Origin: a virus
Length of the DNA stretch: 64,000 bases
Direction: 5' to 3' (one strand)
Virus record (IMG/VR): IMGVR_UViG_3300027974_000021
Under the pieces are notes generated by a model that was not told the origin of the DNA, searched no databases, and saw only the letters and a list, made by a program, of their open reading frames with translations. The translations under genes and the position numbers were made by a program. Shown here in pieces: positions 29,791 through 38,761 of the stretch. Each line of letters opens with the position of its first letter. Position 1 is the stretch's first letter.

Positions 29791-30462
29791 ATGAATTTTG
29801 TTGTAAATTTACCACATATACAATGCTGGATTAAAAAAGAGTTTCTCTATGACTTTAAAAAAGGTTTCGGAGAATATGTTCCATGTACTTGGGTGACTCT
29901 TAAATCTATTCCACGTAGAGCATTCTACATTGAGAGTTATTTACCAGAGTATGGAGCACTCTATGATAAACTTCCTATAAGTGCTTATGTGTGGAAAACT
30001 GATATTGATTTAGATAAACAACTTCCTTTAGATTTTTTACAACTATGGGATGGTTTTAGTTATCATATTACAGTAATTGAAAAACAATACCTACAACATT
30101 CTCGTGTTGAGATTATATTAAGAGATGGTTCACGTATGGGTGGTGAATATCTATTTACAGTAGATAGTGCTCATGCTGATCCAAATATTCCAAACGTCAC
30201 CGAGTCAGAAGTTCCTACAGAACACAAATCACACAATATTGGTAAATTAGATAATGGGCAATGGTTCGCTCAGCCAAATAATCGTATGCTTTTCTTCGAA
30301 TCAAGTGCAAATAAAGCTAAAGGTTTAAATGTGCCTGATTTTAAAGTAAGTTCAAAATATTATCATTGTGAACAGAATCCAAAATGGGTATTCGGAGATT
30401 CCGATGAATACTTTTATCCATCATATGAAATCAACAAGAAACCTACTAAAAATGATAATTAA
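29791..30462 (+). CDS. Conserved aquatic-phage hypothetical protein
   Basis: LPEYGALYDKLPISA, QLWD, YLFTVD, EHKSHN and QPNNR motifs. Confidence 0.7.
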   Translation: MNFVVNLPHIQCWIKKEFLYDFKKGFGEYVPCTWVTLKSIPRRAFYIESYLPEYGALYDKLPISAYVWKTDIDLDKQLPLDFLQLWDGFSYHITVIEKQYLQHSRVEIILRDGSRMGGEYLFTVDSAHADPNIPNVTESEVPTEHKSHNIGKLDNGQWFAQPNNRMLFFESSANKAKGLNVPDFKVSSKYYHCEQNPKWVFGDSDEYFYPSYEINKKPTKNDN

Positions 30463-31135
30463 TCATAAAGCATTAGATTCTAAACTTTGTCCTTTACCAT
30501 TAACTGCAGAGGGTATGCAGTGGATGGAAAATGATAATACATATGAAAAACAAACTAAATTATGGGTGCCAATTAAATACCATAATTCTGATTTTTTAAA
30601 ATGGACTATGAATATAGGATTAAGTATTACAGACATAGAATTATTTTGTAATCCAGCAAATCATTCAATGCCTGTACATCTAGATGGAAATGAATTACAT
30701 GATGAATTTAAATTGAATTATGCATTTAATCCAAGAGGAAATAGTTTAATGAATTGGTTTAAACCAAAACCTAACACAATTGGCAAACGTGAGGGTGTTA
30801 GATATAAAAATAAAGATGAGAGAAATATTGATACAGCAGATTTATATTGGTATCCTGAAGAAGTTGATTTAATTGAAAGTCATGATGTTGAAGTTTCAAT
30901 TGTTCAAGTAGGACAACCACATAACGTGACAACTACTCAACATTCTAGAAAATGTTTGTCTTGTGTATTTGATAAGAGACTTGTAAATGGTTATACTACA
31001 AACGAAGATATTATATTAAAAGAAGATCTACACATAATTGCGAAAAGAAGAGATGAAGCTGTTGGTAAAAAAATACTTCAAGATATTGTTCCTATGTGGG
31101 AAGCAATAGATTTATTTAAAAAATATATTATATGA
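30452..31135 (+). CDS. Cupin/2OG-Fe(II) dioxygenase-like protein
   Basis: HxD (VHLDG), PHNV, RKCLS. Confidence 0.65.
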   Translation: MIINHKALDSKLCPLPLTAEGMQWMENDNTYEKQTKLWVPIKYHNSDFLKWTMNIGLSITDIELFCNPANHSMPVHLDGNELHDEFKLNYAFNPRGNSLMNWFKPKPNTIGKREGVRYKNKDERNIDTADLYWYPEEVDLIESHDVEVSIVQVGQPHNVTTTQHSRKCLSCVFDKRLVNGYTTNEDIILKEDLHIIAKRRDEAVGKKILQDIVPMWEAIDLFKKYII

Positions 31136-31305
31136 GTCAAGGAACAATTATAGAAACTGCAGCGAATACAGTTTATTGTGATGGCTACGATTCTAGTGTA
31201 GATGACGATACTCATCCAAGAGTATTTTATACATTAAAAGAATATAAAGATGGTGAAACAAAAGCTGTTTGTTTTTATTGTGGTACAATTTTTAAAAAAA
31301 TATGA
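31132..31305 (+). CDS. zf-CHCC zinc-finger protein (57 aa)
   Basis: Manual translation VYCDG...HPRVFY...VCFYCGTIF; ATGA overlaps at both ends. Confidence 0.8.
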   Translation: MSQGTIIETAANTVYCDGYDSSVDDDTHPRVFYTLKEYKDGETKAVCFYCGTIFKKI

Positions 31306-31895
31306 AAAACATTTATTGCGCAAATTTAAAACTTCCAGTTAATGATGTGATGATAGATAAAAATTGGTTAAGTAAAATGCCAAACAAAGGACACTTTCCT
31401 ATACCAGAAAAAGAAGTAAATCCTGAATTATTAGATTTTTTTGAAGGAAAGGGGATGTACTTAAAAAATGCTGATGTGTTTTGTTCTCCTCCAGGATTTT
31501 ATTTACAAATACATATCGATGGAACTGATTTAGGAACAAATTCGTGTGCGATTAACTGGCAATATTGTTCTGAAAAAGGATCTTATATGCAATGGTGGAA
31601 TCCAAAACCTGAATTCGCAAATAAAAATATTATAGAGCCAGAAAGTTTTAGTGAAAATAGTTATAAAATAGAAACAACACCATATGCTTATGCTTGGACT
31701 CCTGAAGAATGTGATTTGGTTAATACTTCTGAAGTAGGTTTTCCATCATTAGTAAATATAGGTGTGCCACACTCAATGAAAAATGATACAAAAGTTAATC
31801 GATATGCGATTAGTTTGACATGGAAACGTTATAATGGTTCAACAGTAGAATGGGATTATGTATATGAGAAATTACAGTCATACGTTGTGGCGTGA
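31302..31895 (+). CDS. Cupin/2OG-Fe(II) dioxygenase-like protein
   Basis: IHIDG, LVNIGVPHSM, RYAIS; paralog of its neighbours. Confidence 0.68.
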   Translation: MKNIYCANLKLPVNDVMIDKNWLSKMPNKGHFPIPEKEVNPELLDFFEGKGMYLKNADVFCSPPGFYLQIHIDGTDLGTNSCAINWQYCSEKGSYMQWWNPKPEFANKNIIEPESFSENSYKIETTPYAYAWTPEECDLVNTSEVGFPSLVNIGVPHSMKNDTKVNRYAISLTWKRYNGSTVEWDYVYEKLQSYVVA

Positions 31896-32484
31896 ATTAA
31901 ATCTGCCAATATCACCGATTAAAAAGGATTATGTATTTCCTAAAGAATCAGATCAAGATATAGTAGCAAAATACACAGACCATTATCATGAAAGACATTT
32001 AATTAATCAAGATTTAATTGATTGGGCTAAGTCTATAGATCTTGGTGTACTTCGTATTGAAAGGTTTTCATCTAAGCCAGACTATCGAATGTATGTTCAC
32101 ACTGATAATGATGATTGGATAGATGATTTAGTTAAAATTATTTGGTGTTATTGCCCCACTGACGATCATACAATGAATTGGTATGATATAAAAGATACCA
32201 ATTATTACGATGTTGAAACAAATAACGATTCTGGTCCCACGATGCACTTTCCAGATTTTAATATTGATAAGTTAATTACGAGTACTACTATTAAGAATAA
32301 TCCTATATTGGCTAATACTGGGCGACCACACAATATTCAGAATGGAAAAAGTTATAGACATGTAGTTTGTGCTTGGTTTCACGACTTAAAATCAAATGAA
32401 AAAATTACAGTTGATGGAAATATTTACCCAAAACCTCTTCAATGGGACGTTGCAGTGTCAAGAATGAGAAACATTATTTTATAA
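31858..32484 (+). CDS. Cupin/2OG-Fe(II) dioxygenase-like protein
   Basis: VHTD, LANTGRPHNI, RHVV. Confidence 0.65.
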   Translation: MYMRNYSHTLWRELNLPISPIKKDYVFPKESDQDIVAKYTDHYHERHLINQDLIDWAKSIDLGVLRIERFSSKPDYRMYVHTDNDDWIDDLVKIIWCYCPTDDHTMNWYDIKDTNYYDVETNNDSGPTMHFPDFNIDKLITSTTIKNNPILANTGRPHNIQNGKSYRHVVCAWFHDLKSNEKITVDGNIYPKPLQWDVAVSRMRNIIL

Positions 32485-32487
32485 ATA
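32480..32487 (+). promoter_or_regulatory. T4 late promoter TATAAATA
   Basis: Perfect gp55 consensus 17 nt upstream of the fabF-like ATG. Confidence 0.6.
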
Positions 32488-32504
32488 GAATTAAGATTTT
32501 AATT

Positions 32505-33683
32505 ATGAAACCAGTATATGTAGTTGGATATGGAATGATCGACAGTCTTGGGAATAACCCAAAAGATTGTTTTGATAAGATGTTAGATAATAAAGATTAT
32601 TCTTCTGATATACCTGAATTGAAAGCAGAGAACGCAAAAGTTTTTCGTGGTGCTATATTCAATCCTGACGATTGCATTATACCAAAAGATTTTGACATTA
32701 AGATGCTTCGTTCAATGACGAATGCACAAAAGATGATGCTTCATGCAGTTGATGCAGCATTAAAAATGTCAAACCTACCCCATCATTATGATGTTGCAAC
32801 TCTTCTTTCAACAGTTTCAAACGATACTGAATTTTTAGATGAGTTGTACTTACCTACAAAGAATCATAAAAGAGTAAATCCTAGAAAATCAGCAAATCGT
32901 ATTCCAGATATGGGATGTTCGCATATTTCATCTCATTATAAATTTATGGGATTAAGTGCAGCAACATTCGCAAGTTGTTCTACTGGTCTTGTGACTATTG
33001 ATTATGGAATGCGATTAGTTGATGAATATGAATATGTAATTGTCGGAGGATCTGACGCAGGTTGTTTTCCGATGGCAATTAAATATTTTAATACATTAGG
33101 TGCTGTAGGAAATTACAGTATGCCTTTTGATAATGATCGTACAGGATTTTTAATGGGTGATGGTTGTGGTGTTTTAATATTACAATCAGAAGCAATGGTT
33201 AAAAAGTACGGAAGTAAGGTATTCGCTAAGTTATATCCTTGTGGTATGGCGAGCGATGCTTTAGATATGACAAGCCCAGCCAATGATGGCAGAGGTGCTC
33301 GTATAAGCATGTCTAAAGCAACAAAAGATATTGGAGAAATAGATTTTGTGTGTGCGCATGCAACATCTACACCAGTTGGTGATCCAATAGAATACGAGAC
33401 TGTAGTTAGTTTCTTGGGAGAAAAACCTATTTGGGCACCGAAGTCAAAAATAGGACATACCCTTGCAGCTGCTGGAGTGTTAGAGTGTATATATGCGATT
33501 CTTTCAATGCAAAGAGGAATCATACCACATATACAAAATTTAAAAAGTGCTTTTTGTGACACTAAAAATATTTTAGTTCGCGAGAATTTAAATACTAACA
33601 AAAAAGTTTTGCGAACATTAAATAACTCATTCGGATTTGGGGGAAAATGTATGTCGCAAGTAATAGAGGTAAATAAAGAATGA
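32505..33683 (+). CDS. fabF: Beta-ketoacyl-ACP synthase II (FabF/FabB-like)
   Basis: Catalytic Cys (ASCSTG), His (AHATST), KSKIGHT and NSFGFGG. Confidence 0.9.
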   Translation: MKPVYVVGYGMIDSLGNNPKDCFDKMLDNKDYSSDIPELKAENAKVFRGAIFNPDDCIIPKDFDIKMLRSMTNAQKMMLHAVDAALKMSNLPHHYDVATLLSTVSNDTEFLDELYLPTKNHKRVNPRKSANRIPDMGCSHISSHYKFMGLSAATFASCSTGLVTIDYGMRLVDEYEYVIVGGSDAGCFPMAIKYFNTLGAVGNYSMPFDNDRTGFLMGDGCGVLILQSEAMVKKYGSKVFAKLYPCGMASDALDMTSPANDGRGARISMSKATKDIGEIDFVCAHATSTPVGDPIEYETVVSFLGEKPIWAPKSKIGHTLAAAGVLECIYAILSMQRGIIPHIQNLKSAFCDTKNILVRENLNTNKKVLRTLNNSFGFGGKCMSQVIEVNKE

Positions 33684-33832
33684 CAACAATAATACTTTTA
33701 TCAATCGGTGTTATAATCGGTTGGACTTATAAGCCAGCATTTGCTGATAATTTTATAAACAAATCTAAAGAAATTTTAAGTGGTGTTTTAACTTACTTAA
33801 AAGCTCTTGTTAAAAAAGGAGACAATAAGTAA
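33680..33832 (+). CDS. Small membrane protein (50 aa)
   Basis: Manual translation MTTIILLSIGVIIGW...; ATGA overlap with fabF. Confidence 0.5.
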   Translation: MTTIILLSIGVIIGWTYKPAFADNFINKSKEILSGVLTYLKALVKKGDNK

Positions 33833-33833
33833 A

Positions 33834-34250
33834 ATGGCACAAGTAGAAACAAACACAAAAACGGAATTGACAAATTCCAAGGAGATTCCCCAACGTCAAA
33901 CATCTTGGGGTTATCATTTAATTATTGATGCAGCAGGTTGCACTAAAAACTTTCAAGACCCAGTGGTTTTGAAAACTTTTTTAAATGACCTTTTAGTTCG
34001 CATCGACATGAACGCATGGGGTGAGCCATGGATAACTCACTTTGCTGAAAAACCAGAGATCGCTGGATGGACAGTAATACAAGCATTGACTACAAGTTCA
34101 TTAACAATACACTTTTTAGATAATAATGGTGATTGTTATTTTGACTTGTTCTCATGCAAAACTTTTGATATTGAAATGGTGAAAACTATGATAAAAGAAT
34201 ATTTTGATCCTATTTCAATGAAGGATCAATATTTTGTTAGACAAGCATAA
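33834..34250 (+). CDS. speD: Pyruvoyl-dependent decarboxylase, SpeD (AdoMetDC) family
   Basis: WGYHLIIDAAGC, GWTVIQALTTSSLTIHF and DLFSCKTFD motifs. Confidence 0.8.
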   Translation: MAQVETNTKTELTNSKEIPQRQTSWGYHLIIDAAGCTKNFQDPVVLKTFLNDLLVRIDMNAWGEPWITHFAEKPEIAGWTVIQALTTSSLTIHFLDNNGDCYFDLFSCKTFDIEMVKTMIKEYFDPISMKDQYFVRQA

Positions 34251-34719
34251 TATAACACCAAAAGAAGCATTACAAGAGTGGTTGGCGAGACTTAAAATAC
34301 CTCGCCAAGCACTTGATGGTCATTCTATATGTCCATTTAGTAAAGGAGTCAGTGTACCTACACCTGAAGACTTAAACATCGATAACTCTTTTCGTCCTCC
34401 TGCATTATGGGAGATTAAAAAAATTAAAATTTACAACATAATCAATCCGAATATTACACCAACAGAATTAGATGAATGGTGTGATTATTACATAAACAAA
34501 TATGAAAATTATATGTTTATAGCAGACCATAAAGACAGAGATACACACATTAATGGAATTAAAACAAATAATGGTTATTTTAACTTTATGTTAGTTCAAA
34601 GTTTGCCTGAATTGAATGAAGCACGTAGAAATTTATTAAAAACAACCAACTATTATAGTTTCTGGGATCCTGAATATTTAAAAGATACTTGGAATAATAG
34701 TTTTGATAAAGAAGAATAA
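34234..34719 (+). CDS. Hypothetical protein (CPF motif)
   Basis: ICPFSK...LVQSLPELNEARRNL...YY pattern common in accessory regions of these phages. Confidence 0.55.
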   Translation: MLDKHNITPKEALQEWLARLKIPRQALDGHSICPFSKGVSVPTPEDLNIDNSFRPPALWEIKKIKIYNIINPNITPTELDEWCDYYINKYENYMFIADHKDRDTHINGIKTNNGYFNFMLVQSLPELNEARRNLLKTTNYYSFWDPEYLKDTWNNSFDKEE

Positions 34720-34721
34720 TT

Positions 34722-35804
34722 ATGAGTGTTTGGACAGATTATGATCCGTTGAAAGAAATTATTATAGGAAGTATTCCTACACCTGAATACTTTTCAAACT
34801 TTCTAAAACCAGATATCCTAGAAGTCCTTACACCCATTATAAAAGAAACACATGAAGACTTAAACAAGTTTGCTAATATATGTATTTCTTTAGGAGTAAA
34901 AGTATATAGACCAAAAGTGTTAGACTTTCGTGAACCACTTAGACTTCCAGGATTTAAAATTAAGAATCCAATATCACCTTTAGTGCCAAGAGATAGTTAT
35001 CTTGTTTATGGTAATACAATTTATTCTTCATATACTAGTATGGCTGATAGATGGTTAGAGTCATTATCATTCTACGATATCTTTATGGAAAAGTTTGTAG
35101 AAGGATATAATTGGTTATCAACACCAGTACCACAATTAAAAGACTTTAGACCTGACACTCAATGGTACACGCATGGTGGCGATCGTTATGGAGTAGAATT
35201 AAAAGATAAAATATTATGGCATTGTGCTACTATGTACAAATGTGGTGATAGTTTAATTATTAATTCTTCGGGTCCAGGAACTAAATTAGGATATGACTGG
35301 ATGCAACGTAATATACCTGATACTAAATTTATAAAGAATTCAAATAAGCCACACAAAGGATGGGGACATATAGATCAATTTTTCTTTCAAACGGATGATA
35401 ATACAGTATTTTGTACTAATAAAAATTATGTCCCAGATGTATTCCTAAATAATAGTAAGTTCAAAGTACATGAATTTGGTCACTTAATTAAAGATGTAGA
35501 TATGAAACAATATGAACATCGTCTAGCACAAACAGATGGTAAATATAGTATTGAATGGATTGATGAGTGGATAGATGAATGGAGAGGTTTCGCACAAGAA
35601 GTAGCATTTGATAGTAATGTAGTTGTAGTTGATAGTAAAAATGTAATTGTCACTAATGAACAACCAGCATTATCAAATTGGTTTAAAGAATTTGGTATAA
35701 CACTACATCCTGTTAATTTAAGACAGGGTGGTTTTTGGGATGGTGGTGTTCACTGTTTATCGCTTGATATTAAAAGAGATGGAGAGAAAAGAAATATCGT
35801 ATGA
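34722..35804 (+). CDS. Amidinotransferase (Gly/inosamine-phosphate amidinotransferase, pentein fold)
   Basis: DPLKEIIIG, PRD, GHID and GGVHCLSLD with the catalytic Cys. Confidence 0.85.
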   Translation: MSVWTDYDPLKEIIIGSIPTPEYFSNFLKPDILEVLTPIIKETHEDLNKFANICISLGVKVYRPKVLDFREPLRLPGFKIKNPISPLVPRDSYLVYGNTIYSSYTSMADRWLESLSFYDIFMEKFVEGYNWLSTPVPQLKDFRPDTQWYTHGGDRYGVELKDKILWHCATMYKCGDSLIINSSGPGTKLGYDWMQRNIPDTKFIKNSNKPHKGWGHIDQFFFQTDDNTVFCTNKNYVPDVFLNNSKFKVHEFGHLIKDVDMKQYEHRLAQTDGKYSIEWIDEWIDEWRGFAQEVAFDSNVVVVDSKNVIVTNEQPALSNWFKEFGITLHPVNLRQGGFWDGGVHCLSLDIKRDGEKRNIV

Positions 35805-36799
35805 GAAAAATTTATAACTGGATTAATCCAACCTATTATGTAGATTATGATAAATTAAAGGATGTAATAGTTCCTTTGATGCAAGAAGATTTACGTGAAT
35901 GGATGATTAACAATCCGATCGAAACAAGCACTGAGTGTGCTTATGCTCCACCAGAAGAAGTAGAAGAAAAGATATTATCCAAAAAAGAAGAGTTGAAGGC
36001 ACATAAAAATCGAGCAATTGCTTATAAAGAAATTCTTACAGATGAAGCTGAAAGAAAACATTACAATGATTGGCGTTCTATTGATTTTCTTTATGAGTGT
36101 AAATGGAATAAAGAAGTTTTTAAAAGATCTTGGCAATTAATGTCTGAATGTAAAGGTATTAAACAAATCTTTATTAATTTTATAAAACCAAATGGAATTA
36201 TAACACCACATTTAGATACTTCTACTTGGGAAAAGATAGAAGAAGATTGGGGTTTGCCACTTTATTCATTAGAGGGTGGAAGTATTATTGCTACATTATT
36301 TACAGGTATGAAAAACAGAGAAGAAAAGACTGTTGGAATGAAAGTAAATGGTGTTTATAAGTTTCCATTAGCAGGAGAATTAGTTTGTTTTGATGGAAGA
36401 TGGAATGAACATCAAATGTGGAACAACACAAACGAGTGGAGAATTACAGCAGTAATAGATATTGATAGAAAATACTTTACTCAAGTGTTAGAGGATGTTG
36501 ATGAAGAAAAGAAAGAAATAAACAGACCAAAAGATAGTCTTACGATAACAGAAAATGCAACAATTAAATTTCAAAAATCTTTTAGTAAAGAAGAAGTAGA
36601 ATATTATTTAAATCATGGTTTAACTGAAAAAATAGAATTTTTAAAAGAAAAAATACTTTGGTTGAATGAATATTCTGGGCGTAAAATATACGCAGACCAT
36701 TTAGATGAAATTTCAACAACAACTTTTTTAAATGCTAATATAACAAAAATAGATATATATTTTAAAAATTATAAGGAATATTATGTACATAGCACCTAA
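35801..36799 (+). CDS. AspH/LpxO-like beta-hydroxylase with C-terminal extension
   Basis: FIKPNGIITPHLD...FDG..EHQMWN...WRITAVIDI. Confidence 0.75.
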   Translation: MRKIYNWINPTYYVDYDKLKDVIVPLMQEDLREWMINNPIETSTECAYAPPEEVEEKILSKKEELKAHKNRAIAYKEILTDEAERKHYNDWRSIDFLYECKWNKEVFKRSWQLMSECKGIKQIFINFIKPNGIITPHLDTSTWEKIEEDWGLPLYSLEGGSIIATLFTGMKNREEKTVGMKVNGVYKFPLAGELVCFDGRWNEHQMWNNTNEWRITAVIDIDRKYFTQVLEDVDEEKKEINRPKDSLTITENATIKFQKSFSKEEVEYYLNHGLTEKIEFLKEKILWLNEYSGRKIYADHLDEISTTTFLNANITKIDIYFKNYKEYYVHST

Positions 36800-37469
36800 T
36801 TCATATATTAATTATGTTCAATTATTAGATCATTATCCTAAATTAGTTGAGGATATGAATAAATGGCTTAATACACATACACCAGAAAGAGATTCAATTG
36901 CTGTATATTCTGATGATCCTGCAAATAAGTTTTTGTCCACTACAACAAACTTTGTAGAAAGCTGGACAACTGAAGAAGAAAAGCAACATCGTTATGATTG
37001 GAAATCTATTCCTGTGTTTTTTGAAAAAGCGTGGAACACAAAAGACTTTCCTAGATTTTCAGAATTTGGTAAAGATTTAAAAGGATTGAGACAATGTCTT
37101 ATTAATTTTATTGCTCCACGTGGTAAAATTACAATACATAAAGATCACGACAATTGGGGTAAGATGACAGAAGATTGGGGATTTAAGTGTGAAGGATATT
37201 CATTAGTTGCTACTTTAAAAACAGGAATGAAAAAAGCTACAGATAAAACAGTAGGAACATGTATTAGAGATATTAAAACTGGAACTGACACTTGGAGTTA
37301 TGCATTAGTAAATGAATTTGTTTGTTTTGATGGATTAAATTATAACCATGCAATTACTAACAATACAGATGAATGGAGAATTTCAGCAGTATTTGATATT
37401 GATAAAGAAAAATTTGATCCTAGTTTTGTTAAAACTGATAAACAAGTTTGTGATTATTATGTGGATTGA
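36783..37469 (+). CDS. AspH/LpxO-like beta-hydroxylase
   Basis: IAPRGKITIHKD...FDG..NHAITN...WRISAVFDI. Confidence 0.75.
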   Translation: MYIAPNSYINYVQLLDHYPKLVEDMNKWLNTHTPERDSIAVYSDDPANKFLSTTTNFVESWTTEEEKQHRYDWKSIPVFFEKAWNTKDFPRFSEFGKDLKGLRQCLINFIAPRGKITIHKDHDNWGKMTEDWGFKCEGYSLVATLKTGMKKATDKTVGTCIRDIKTGTDTWSYALVNEFVCFDGLNYNHAITNNTDEWRISAVFDIDKEKFDPSFVKTDKQVCDYYVD

Positions 37470-38142
37470 TGTAAAAAGATATAAAGATTATAAAAAATTA
37501 TTTGATTATCAAAATATTTTAAATCTAGACATAAAAAACTGGTTAAAAAACAATGATCCTATAAAGAATACAGAACCAGTTTATGAAGAAAGAGCAAGTA
37601 GTCAAGAGTCATATGGGAAACTTAATCCTGATGGTACTATAACTTCTATCAGTTCGAAGTTTAGTGAACCACCAGCAGATCCTACAAAGAATCCAGAAGA
37701 ATACGCACACAGAAAAGATTGGAGATGCGTAGGTGGGTTTTATGAACGTACATGGAACACAAAAATAATAAAAGAATCATTAAAAGCTTTAACTATGTTA
37801 AGTGGTTTAAAACAATTAAATATAAATTTTCTTTGTCCCTTTGGTAAAATAACTTCTCATTTAGACGATGGTGGGTGGAAAAAAATATCAGAAGATTGGG
37901 GTAAAGAAACTTACGGATATAGTATAGTACAAACAATTCAATCAGGTATGACTGAATCATCATCAGAGTTAGTTGGCATGCGTGTAAATGATGTTGATAA
38001 ATATCCATTAGTTGGAGAATTAGTTTGCTTTGATGGTATAAAAGGATTACATAGCATGTGGAATAATACAAATATATGGCGTATTACTGCTGTGTATGAT
38101 ATAGATATAAACGCATTTAATAAATATAGTATATGTGGATAG
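37459..38142 (+). CDS. AspH/LpxO-like beta-hydroxylase
   Basis: LCPFGKITSHLD...FDG..LHSMWN...WRITAVYDI; start moved to ATG 37459. Confidence 0.75.
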   Translation: MWIDVKRYKDYKKLFDYQNILNLDIKNWLKNNDPIKNTEPVYEERASSQESYGKLNPDGTITSISSKFSEPPADPTKNPEEYAHRKDWRCVGGFYERTWNTKIIKESLKALTMLSGLKQLNINFLCPFGKITSHLDDGGWKKISEDWGKETYGYSIVQTIQSGMTESSSELVGMRVNDVDKYPLVGELVCFDGIKGLHSMWNNTNIWRITAVYDIDINAFNKYSICG

Positions 38143-38720
38143 ACGCAACAAAATATAAACATTACGAAGTTCTTAAAACAAGTTTAATTCCTGCATTGGA
38201 GTTAGACTACAATAGATTCATTCGTAAATTTGATATTACAGAAACAGGTGTAAATGTATTTCGATTTGAATATCCTAATCGAGAAGACGATCATGCTGAT
38301 GATTGGTGGGCTATACCACTTATTCAAGGAGGTGAAGCAGTACCACCTTTAAGAAATCCATGGCAACATGCAACAGCAAGTTTAAAAGAAATTCCTGGAG
38401 TATTTCAATCAATCGTAAATTTTATAAAACCAAATGGTGGATTGCCAATGCATCATGACTTTGGTAGTTGGCAAAGAATAGAAGAAGCATTAGGTTATCC
38501 AGTAAAAGGATATACAATAGCTATTGGTATTGACATGCCATCAAACGATCCGAATATTTGTGGTATGGAATTTGAAAATGATACTTTTCCAAGAACTTAT
38601 GGAAATAAGGAAATAGTAGCATTTAATGGACGTGACTTTATGCATAAAGTATGGAATAAAACAGGAAATTGGCGTGTTTCTTGTGTAATTGATACTGATA
38701 TAAAGGATTGGAACAATTAA
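38133..38720 (+). CDS. AspH/LpxO-like beta-hydroxylase
   Basis: IKPNGGLPMHHD...FNG..MHKVWN...WRVSCVIDT. Confidence 0.75.
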   Translation: MWIDATKYKHYEVLKTSLIPALELDYNRFIRKFDITETGVNVFRFEYPNREDDHADDWWAIPLIQGGEAVPPLRNPWQHATASLKEIPGVFQSIVNFIKPNGGLPMHHDFGSWQRIEEALGYPVKGYTIAIGIDMPSNDPNICGMEFENDTFPRTYGNKEIVAFNGRDFMHKVWNKTGNWRVSCVIDTDIKDWNN

Positions 38721-38725
38721 AACCC

Positions 38726-38754
38726 TTTACATACAATAAAAAATATAGTATAAT
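38726..38754 (+). promoter_or_regulatory. Sigma70-like early/middle promoter
   Basis: TTTACA-N17-TATAAT. Confidence 0.75.
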
Positions 38755-38761
38755 ATAATCT

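Noticed and set aside
34722-35804. Amidinotransferase as part of a 7-deazaguanine (dG+) DNA modification pathway
   Set aside because: It is pentein-fold, not ArcS/QueF-like, and no folE, queC, queD, queE or dpdA is in the window.
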